Source: Legionellales bacterium (GTDB lineage Bacteria; Pseudomonadota; Gammaproteobacteria; Berkiellales; Berkiellaceae). Taken from it: a stretch of 64,000 nucleotides of DNA. Where the stretch lies: NCBI GenBank assembly GCA_947475765.1, contig CANJMM010000001.1, positions 876 to 64,875 of the forward strand, read 5' to 3'. The notes below the pieces were generated by a model. It was not told the DNA's origin. It searched no databases and saw only the letters and a list, made by a program, of their open reading frames with translations. Below, one piece after another: positions 56,934 to 64,000 of this stretch; within the stretch, counting starts at the first letter, position 1; every line of letters begins with the position of its first letter. A program made the translations under genes and the position numbers.

Positions 56934-59498
56934 TTGCGCTCATTATTGCTTCTTACTTTATCTACCTATCGCTTTATTTTGTTTCATCTGGGCCGTTTTA
57001 TTTATCATTGGTTTCACCCGGACAGTCCTTGGTGTATCAAAAATATTTTTATACACCCCTTTTCTAAAGTTTCACTATTATTTAACGGCATCGCACTTGG
57101 GTTGAGTCTTATCTTAAGAACATGGAATCCTGTCTTTATCATGAGCAGTGCGACAACAGGTGGCTTCTTATTACTGAAGATATTATTTAAGATAAAAGAA
57201 AAATATGACAAGCCCCTTTTTAATCGTCAACAAAAAAACCATGTGCCCGCTCCTGTTAGACAAGAATCCAGCCCAAGCCCAAGCCCAAGCCCAAGCCCAA
57301 ACCTCAACCTATATCAATCTGAGCTTGACTTAATGAAAGCAGTTGAAAAAAATAACTGGGACCTTGCTTTGCGTTTAATGAAAAACCCTAACATGGCTTT
57401 TAATATAGATGATTTAAATGATCTTGTTTTATCAAAAGCACTCAGTGCAAACAAATGGGATGTCATTATAATTTTAATAAAAAAATCTAATATTCTCTCT
57501 GCACATCTGATAACAGAAGAAAAATCGCTTATTCTTTCTCGATTATGCTCTGAAGCCCTACTTCAAAAAAAGATGGATGTCCTTGACCTCTTTGTAAAAA
57601 GTGATGCTTATACGACATGTAATCTACAAAGAAAACTTGAAATTTTAAAGCTTTCGGCCCAACAAAATTATCCCGCTATTTTAATAACCATACTTAACCG
57701 TGATGTTAGATTAGTCGAAAACTTAGATATAAATATTTTTATATATCTATTTCAATTGTTATCTCTAGATACACTAAACAAAATGTCTCCCCACTGTGCT
57801 CCGTTTGTCCATGCCATTCAAGAAAGATATCGCGCCACCCCTCTTTCCATTGCAGATATATCCATTATGCATTTGCTCCCCATCCATCATCTAGACTCAC
57901 TTGATAAAGTCGCTTTATTTTTTAAGGATATCCTTGAATTTTTAAAAGTTTATGCTCAAAATAAAGAACATGCTGTTTTAGCATTGGAAATATTACTATT
58001 CAAGTCTGAATATTCAAAAAATAAAGCCATTTTAGAAAATCAGCACGATCAAAATCACGAGAATGCGCAGCTTCCAGATGAAGTTCTTTCCGCCAATCAA
58101 GCTTTTGAAAAAATAAAAAATCACTATCAAGAAGAATTTTTTGCCAAAAAAAATGCGTCTGCTTCTTCACTTGAGGTGATTGAACGTGAAATAAAATCAG
58201 CCCTGCTGACGCAAATGGTTTTAGAAGCTAAAGAAAATATCACTAAAAAATATCAAAAACAAACATGCGAAACAATTATTCATTTAATTTCTAAAAATAA
58301 AATTGCGCTACTTAACAGTCAAGAATCTTGTACAAAACAGCTATTTCAAGCGCTAAAAAAATTAATCCCTCATCATATTAGCGCAGTACAAACTGCTTGG
58401 CTCTCATATGATGCTTCCCACAATGTTGATCCCAAAGGTTGGAAATTTCTGGTTAACCCTAGCAATGAACGAACTGTTTATACTACAGCAGAAGCCACAC
58501 AAACGCGTTCTAATTTCACGAACCGAATTGCATCTGAACAAGTCCGTTTAAGAATCGCTTATTATTGGCTCGCCATAAACGATCCCCTTTACCCTGATGT
58601 CGATAATTTCAGATTAGGCAATTTTTTTGGTATTATTAGCAGTATCTATAGAACCAATGGATTCGGGGCGTCTTGCTGTTTTCCTGGACATTTAAGCAAC
58701 ATTGCTAAAATGGGTCTTTATCATCCTATTGCAGAAACCATTACTGTAGAAAATTTAATAGATCACGCCTTAATTTCTCCTGTTCTTGAAGCCTTCAAAA
58801 ATGAGCTAGAAGCTAATTCACTTACTTGGACTATCGAGGACAAAGAAAATATTTTAAGCAGTTTAACTTATGTTAATGAAGGGAATGCTGAACAACTCTT
58901 TCATTCAGAAATGCCAAGCCCTATTTCCCTGACATTTCAACATACTTTTTCAAAAAAATATTATGCTGAAATAACAAGTAAAGTATTAGCTGAAATTTTG
59001 CAAAATGACCGATATGCTTACCGAGTCCTATCTGAAACCGAACGCGATTTAATCGAAAATGGCATTCAGTATAAAATACGTAGCATCAGCTCAAATCCCT
59101 TTATTAGCTCTGGCCTAAATGACTTAATCTTAGCCTCATCTTGCACCAAACAAGATCTGAATTTTGAAGAAATGAGCCCCTTTCCCCCCGGCTCATCTAG
59201 GTATCAATTATATTTAACCTTAACTTCTGTTGTTCATCACCAGTTTGACCGCGTATTTTATAATACATTGCCCAGTATTCAAACCCTAAACCAGATAACA
59301 ACACTTTGTGGTGAACTGACAAATCATATTATCGATAAAACAAAAATGTCCGATACCTTAAAACAATTGACTACATTAGGTTTTACCATTGATTTAAGCC
59401 CTAAATCTCAAGTGGTTTTATTTCAATTCAAAGCTAAAAATAGGCCCCCTCAAGAACAAGCTCAAGAGAAGGCCAAAACAAAATTAAAGGTTAATTAG
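56934..59498 (+). CDS. Large hypothetical membrane-anchored protein (candidate effector)
   Basis: The ORF opens with TTG and the true start is uncertain. Two or three N-terminal hydrophobic helices, an (SP)x6 linker, four ankyrin-like helical repeats of 33-39 residues, and a long unassigned C-terminal region containing GFGASCCFPGH. Confidence 0.6.
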   Translation: MRSLLLLTLSTYRFILFHLGRFIYHWFHPDSPWCIKNIFIHPFSKVSLLFNGIALGLSLILRTWNPVFIMSSATTGGFLLLKILFKIKEKYDKPLFNRQQKNHVPAPVRQESSPSPSPSPSPNLNLYQSELDLMKAVEKNNWDLALRLMKNPNMAFNIDDLNDLVLSKALSANKWDVIIILIKKSNILSAHLITEEKSLILSRLCSEALLQKKMDVLDLFVKSDAYTTCNLQRKLEILKLSAQQNYPAILITILNRDVRLVENLDINIFIYLFQLLSLDTLNKMSPHCAPFVHAIQERYRATPLSIADISIMHLLPIHHLDSLDKVALFFKDILEFLKVYAQNKEHAVLALEILLFKSEYSKNKAILENQHDQNHENAQLPDEVLSANQAFEKIKNHYQEEFFAKKNASASSLEVIEREIKSALLTQMVLEAKENITKKYQKQTCETIIHLISKNKIALLNSQESCTKQLFQALKKLIPHHISAVQTAWLSYDASHNVDPKGWKFLVNPSNERTVYTTAEATQTRSNFTNRIASEQVRLRIAYYWLAINDPLYPDVDNFRLGNFFGIISSIYRTNGFGASCCFPGHLSNIAKMGLYHPIAETITVENLIDHALISPVLEAFKNELEANSLTWTIEDKENILSSLTYVNEGNAEQLFHSEMPSPISLTFQHTFSKKYYAEITSKVLAEILQNDRYAYRVLSETERDLIENGIQYKIRSISSNPFISSGLNDLILASSCTKQDLNFEEMSPFPPGSSRYQLYLTLTSVVHHQFDRVFYNTLPSIQTLNQITTLCGELTNHIIDKTKMSDTLKQLTTLGFTIDLSPKSQVVLFQFKAKNRPPQEQAQEKAKTKLKVN
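57270..57299 (+). repeat. In-frame hexanucleotide repeat (agccca)x5 encoding SPSPSPSPSP
   Basis: Five perfect copies read directly. Confidence 0.9.
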
Positions 59499-61440
59499 AC
59501 TGCTGCTTAGCTAAAGCAAGCAAAACTTCATTAAATCGTTTAATAAAAGACGCGGGATCTTCTAGCTGGCCACCTTCAGATAAAATCGCCTGCTCCAATA
59601 AAATCAAACTTAAATCATCGAAGTGGGCTTGATTGGTCTCGTCTTTTAAGCGTAACACCAATAAATGATCTGGATTCAATTCTAATATTGGCTTAGAGTG
59701 CACGGCTTGCCCAGCTGCCTTTAAAATACGCTCCATTTGGCTGGTGAGTTGATGCTCATCTGCGACAATACAAGAAGGCGAACTTCTTAACCGTTTCGAC
59801 AATTTAACTTCTTGAACTTTATCCCCTAAAGAGGTTTTGATGCGTTCTAAAAAGTCGTGAAATACTTTTTGTTTTTCATCAAAATCTTGCTTTTCAGTTT
59901 CAGGGTTTGCTTCTAATTTGTTTGCAAAATCCAGTGAATCTAAGTCACCTTTTGCAATAGATTGAAAGTGCTTGCCTTTATATTCCGTTAAGTGTGACAT
60001 GAGCCATTCATCAATACGTTCACTTAACAATAATACTTCAATGTTCTTTTCTCTGAAAATTTCCAAATGAGGACTATGTTTGGCTGCATTAAAGGTTTCA
60101 GCTGCCACATAATAAATTTTTTCTTGGCCTGATGGCATACGTGATAAATATTCATCTAAGGCTGTTAATTCTGTTTCTTGATTTTGAAGCGTAGAAGCAA
60201 ATCGCAATAAACCTGCAATTTGTTCGCGATTGGCAAAATCTTCAGCCGGTCCTTCTTTTAGCACTGCGCCAAACTGCTTCCAAAAGTTACTATATTTTTC
60301 CGATTCTTCTTTGGCCATCGTTTCAAGCGTCGATAAGATTCGCTTAATAATGCTGCCTCGAATGCTTTCTACTAACTTATTAGACTGTAATATTTCACGT
60401 GAGACATTTAAAGGCAAATCATTACAATCTACAATGCCTCGAATAAATCTTAAATAACTTGGCAAAAATACTTCTGCATCGTCCATAATAAAAACACGCT
60501 GTACATAGAGTTTTAAGCCTCTAGGTTTGTTGGCTTGAAATAAATCAAAAGGTGCTTGAGAAGGGATATACAATAAAGTGGTATAATCATACTTTCCTTC
60601 TACTTTATTATGAATCCAAGTTAAAGGATCACGAAAATCGTGTGCGATATGCTTATATAATTCAATATAATCTTCATCTGACACATCTGATTTAGGCAAA
60701 GTCCATAAGGCTGTCGCGCGATTAACTATTTCTTCTGATATATTTTTAGATTCAGATTTAGAATCAGATTCAGGCTCTTCTGCACGCATCATAATGGGGA
60801 AATTAATATGGTCAGAATACTTAGTAATCACATGCCTTAAGCGCATGCCGCTTAAAAATTCTTCTTCGCCTGGCTTAACTTGTAAAATAATTTCTGTACC
60901 ATGATCGGGTTTATCAATATTTTCTATTGTATAATCCCCTTCTCCTAAAGATTCCCATAAAATACCTTCTGAAGGATTTGAGCCAGCCCGACGCGTTTTA
61001 ACACTTACTTTATCGGCAACAATAAAGCTAGAATAAAAACCCACCCCAAATTGACCAATTAATTTACTGTCTTTTTTCTGATCGCCTGACAAAGAATTTA
61101 AAAAGTCTTGAGTGCCCGACTTTGCAATAGTGCCTAAATTTTTGGTCACTTCGTCTTTAGACATCCCAATGCCATTATCTGTAATGGTAATGGTTTTTGC
61201 TTCTCTGTCATAATCAATTTTTATTTTTAAATCTGTATCGCCTTCATAAATTTTTGAATTGCTGATGCCTTCATATCTCAATTTATCTAAAGCATCGGAG
61301 GCATTAGACACTAATTCTCTTAGAAAAATTTCTTTATTAGAATATAGCGCATGAATCATCAAATGAAGCATTTTTTTTACTTCAGTTTCAAAACCGCGGG
61401 TTTCTTTTTTGTTATTTTGGGTATTTTCAGTAACCGTCAT
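59491..61440 (-). CDS. htpG: Molecular chaperone HtpG (Hsp90)
   Basis: [13 protein letters not shown]-terminal ATPase motif. 649 aa. recR-htpG synteny. Confidence 0.95.
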
Positions 61441-61484
61441 GAACGCTCCTATTTTATCTTAATTATATAAAAAATTTATCTAGT

Positions 61485-62084
61485 TCAAGCCATTTCTGTT
61501 CGAGAAACTAGGGCTTTTGCTAAAGTGTGGGTATCGACATATTCTAACTCACCTCCCATGGGAATACCAAAAGCAATTCGAGAGACGGTTAAGCCTTGTT
61601 TTTTAAAACTATCGGCCAAATAATAAGCAGTTGCTTCACCCTCTACCGTGGCATGTGTGGCAATAATCACTTCTTTTAATTTGAGTTTTTGCATTCTTAC
61701 TTCTAATAAATCTATACCAATTTGATCTGGGCCTATACCATCAATAGGTGATAAACAAGCACTCAACACAAAATAATAACCTCGATAAGAACCTGCATTT
61801 TCTAATGCAATCACATCTTGAGGTGTTTGAACAATGCATAGCATACTTGAATCTCGTGTTGTGGAACTACACAATTGACACCATGCTGTTTCACATAAAA
61901 TACGACACCCCTGACAAAATCCTACCTGGATCATAGCCTGATTTATTATATTAGCTAGATGCGTACCTGATTGCCTATCTCGCTCTAACAAATAAAATGC
62001 CATGCGTTGTGCAGATTTTAGGCCTACACCAGGCAAAGCGGTAAAAGCATGGATAAGTTGCTTAAGCAATGGGCTAAATGACAT
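61485..62084 (-). CDS. recR: Recombination protein RecR
   Basis: HhH N-terminus, zinc finger CQGCRILCETAWCQLC and a Toprim region. Confidence 0.9.
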   Translation of the reverse strand: MSFSPLLKQLIHAFTALPGVGLKSAQRMAFYLLERDRQSGTHLANIINQAMIQVGFCQGCRILCETAWCQLCSSTTRDSSMLCIVQTPQDVIALENAGSYRGYYFVLSACLSPIDGIGPDQIGIDLLEVRMQKLKLKEVIIATHATVEGEATAYYLADSFKKQGLTVSRIAFGIPMGGELEYVDTHTLAKALVSRTEMA

Positions 62085-62099
62085 ACATACTAACCTTGC

Positions 62100-63680
62100 T
62101 TACTTTTTATCGATATCTAACACGGTAATGGCTTCCACTTCTGCCCCAAATGTTTGAACCAAATTTTGGATTAAAGGATCATTCTGAATGCATTGCAAGC
62201 TTTCTTCTGTTCGAATTTTTTTACTCTGGATATCTAATTGCATTGGTGTTTGGGTGACTTCGCCTAATACAATTTTAATTTGTACAGGCTTGTTAAAATA
62301 ATGAGAGATAGCCTCTTGTAATACTTTTTGTCTTTCTGCGGTAAGGCAAACTTGCTGAGATTTATCTAAAGTAAATCTCATTTCTGATTCCCCAAAATAG
62401 CTTAATTCACAATTATTTGCCAACATTTTGGTAAACCCGACCAGAGCAAGCTTATTAATCAAACTAGGCCAATCCAAGGAATTATTCTCTGCAGCAGGCA
62501 TGACAGCAGGGATAACAGCAGGAATAGATACTGCCTGCACACTAGGATTATCTAAAAGAAGATTATCTAGAGCCAGATTTTGTGTATTTTCTGGATAAAA
62601 TGCTAATATTCTCAGCAAAGTCATTTCAAAGCCTATGCGTTGTGTTGGGGCATACGCTAATTCTTGCTTGCCCACTAGCCCAATTTGATAAAATAACTGA
62701 GTCGATTCTAAATTCCACTGCTCTGCATAAAATTTGAGCTCAAGTGCAATGCCAAGTTCAGATAAATACTCTGTTGTTACTGGCAACACATGTTGAATTA
62801 AACTAATTTGATAAAAGGCTTCTAATAGGCTATCTAATACTTGCGTAAAATCTGCGCCCATTTCAACTAAATTAGGCATAATTTTGAATATTAAACTGGT
62901 GTCTTTTTTTAAAATAGCGTCCAAAATAGCGTGGATAATTTCGGGGGCAACCCACCCTAATAATTGTTGAACGTCTTTATTTGCTAATACGCCCTCTCCG
63001 ACTAAAACAGCTTGTTCTAATAAACTTAAAGCATCGCGCATACTGCCCTGTGCTGCAACGGCCAACGGAGAAAGCGCGGTTTTTTCAAAAGCAATATTTT
63101 CTTTTTCTAAAATCTTAATTAAATGCCCAATAATCAAAGGCTCAGAAATAGGACGTAAAATAAATTTTAGGCAACGGGATAAAATCGTCGCTGGAATTTT
63201 TTCGGGATCAGTCGTTGCTAAAATAAATTTAACATGCTCTGGTGGCTCTTCTAATGTTTTTAATAAAGCATTAAAACTGTGCGTAGATAACATATGCACT
63301 TCGTCAATTAAATAAATTTTATATCGACCTTGTGTTGGCGCATATTGAACATTATCTAATAATTCACGTGTGTCTTCTACACGTGTTTTTGAGGCTGCAT
63401 CCACTTCGATTAAATCCATGAAATGCCCGCTGTCTATGGCAAGACACGCCGTACACACACCACAAGGCTCAGGCGTCACACCTTGTTCACAATTTAAGCA
63501 TTTTGCTAATAATCGACCCAAAGTGGTTTTTCCTACCCCACGGGTGCCACAAAATAGATAGGCATGGTGAATTCGGCCAGATTTAAGAGAATGATAAATG
63601 GCTAACTTAATTGGATCTTGCCCAACTAGATCAGCAAAAGATTTAGGACGCCATTTACGCGCAAAAACTTGGTAAGTCAA
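62100..63680 (-). CDS. dnaX: DNA polymerase III subunit tau/gamma
   Basis: YQVFARKWRPKSFADLVGQ, Walker A GTRGVGKTT and zinc module CLNCEQGVTPEPCGVCTAC. A TTG at 63680 with AGGA 9 nt upstream gives a canonical N-terminus. The ORF-track ATG at 63731 lies inside the SRP RNA gene. Confidence 0.9.
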   Translation of the reverse strand: MTYQVFARKWRPKSFADLVGQDPIKLAIYHSLKSGRIHHAYLFCGTRGVGKTTLGRLLAKCLNCEQGVTPEPCGVCTACLAIDSGHFMDLIEVDAASKTRVEDTRELLDNVQYAPTQGRYKIYLIDEVHMLSTHSFNALLKTLEEPPEHVKFILATTDPEKIPATILSRCLKFILRPISEPLIIGHLIKILEKENIAFEKTALSPLAVAAQGSMRDALSLLEQAVLVGEGVLANKDVQQLLGWVAPEIIHAILDAILKKDTSLIFKIMPNLVEMGADFTQVLDSLLEAFYQISLIQHVLPVTTEYLSELGIALELKFYAEQWNLESTQLFYQIGLVGKQELAYAPTQRIGFEMTLLRILAFYPENTQNLALDNLLLDNPSVQAVSIPAVIPAVMPAAENNSLDWPSLINKLALVGFTKMLANNCELSYFGESEMRFTLDKSQQVCLTAERQKVLQEAISHYFNKPVQIKIVLGEVTQTPMQLDIQSKKIRTEESLQCIQNDPLIQNLVQTFGAEVEAITVLDIDKK

Positions 63681-63698
63681 CGAGTTTGTTCCTGTTTT

Positions 63699-63810
63699 GG
63701 TGGTGATCCCATTAGCCACACCCCGGCACACATTCAGATACTACCGCTGCTCCCTTCCGGGCCTAACGGGGTTCGCATCCTACTGTTGCGAGGGGACCAA
63801 CAAGATCACC
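63699..63810 (-). ncRNA. ffs: Signal recognition particle RNA (4.5S RNA)
   Basis: The minus strand reads GGUGAUCUUGUUGGUCCCCUCGCAAC...GGCCCGGAAGGGAGCAGCG...GUGUGCCGGGGUGUGGCUAAUGGGAUCACCACC. It is collinear with E. coli 4.5S RNA as I recall it, including the GGAA tetraloop region and the GUGUGCCGGG block. The 5' GGUGAUC pairs with the 3' GAUCACC. The ends are approximate. Confidence 0.85.
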
Positions 63811-63911
63811 ATGGGAAAGAATAATAGGCTATTTGAAGCATTTATGCTAGCAGAAAATCCAAAAAATAACAAAATGATTTAGATTTTTAATTAAGTTTGA
63901 TTGCAATCACA

Positions 63912-63944
63912 TGCTTAAACTTTGCTTAAACTTTGCTTAATCTT
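63912..63944. repeat. Tandem 11-mer tgcttaaactt x3 (third copy has 1 mismatch) upstream of ffs
   Basis: Read directly. Confidence 0.9.
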
Positions 63945-64000
63945 AATAAAGCCCTGCTTTTAGTACTGTCTATTTGTAAATTATGGGTAAGTTTTTGAAA

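Noticed and set aside
62904-62914. An in-frame A-AAA-AAA heptamer in dnaX (codons TTA AAA AAA, protein ILKKDTS), which could be a programmed -1 frameshift site for a gamma subunit.
   Set aside because: It lies at roughly residue 260-275, far upstream of the domain III / domain IV boundary where the E. coli gamma frameshift occurs. The resulting product would lack essential clamp-loader domains. I saw no downstream stem-loop.
63697-63882. 61-aa plus-strand ORF, and the 17-codon N-terminal extension of the dnaX ORF (63681-63731).
   Set aside because: Both overlap the SRP RNA gene. The conserved RNA sequence and structure explain the region better, and DnaX has a canonical N-terminus from the TTG at 63680.

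Overview
This is an AT-rich chromosomal segment with classic gammaproteobacterial backbone synteny. Recognisable blocks are: dolP-diaA-yraN; galU/wbpM-like/wbpL-like-pyrF-lapA-rpsA-cmk-aroA-serC-gyrA, divergent from ubiG-HAD phosphatase-yciK-like SDR; rluB-scpB-scpA-trpS; uup; yciB-bolA; sdhCDAB-sucABCD, divergent from gltA; galE; ald; and htpG-recR-dnaX, preceded by an SRP (4.5S) RNA gene that the ORF track misses. I found no rRNA, tRNA, CRISPR array, transposase or integrase. Several small accessory inserts with eukaryotic-like content interrupt the backbone. (1) Three tandem Hanks-type Ser/Thr kinase paralogues, with a readable tandem-duplication junction. (2) Two tandem CE-clan (Ulp1/SENP-like) cysteine protease paralogues: one ends in two ubiquitin-interacting motifs, the other in a transmembrane hairpin plus a predicted coiled coil. 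(3) Two orphan membrane or low-complexity proteins (295 aa and 854 aa). (4) A two-gene orphan insert. Together these suggest a host-associated, Legionellales-like bacterium that secretes effectors; this is inference, as no secretion-system gene lies in the window. The strongest candidates for something undescribed are the UIM-bearing CE protease pair and the kinase triplet. Secondary candidates are a compact operon (PKMT-like methyltransferase, receiver-less sigma-54 activator, secreted TPR protein) and a cytoplasmic histidine kinase / receiver-PP2C / RsbW-like partner-switching module at the left edge. Other points: a TrpRS carrying a four-Cys Fe-S-type motif; ybaB, ihfB and lapB missing from their usual conserved slots; and many perfect short tandem repeats in both spacers and coding regions. 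All functional calls come from reading motifs by eye. No database search was run.
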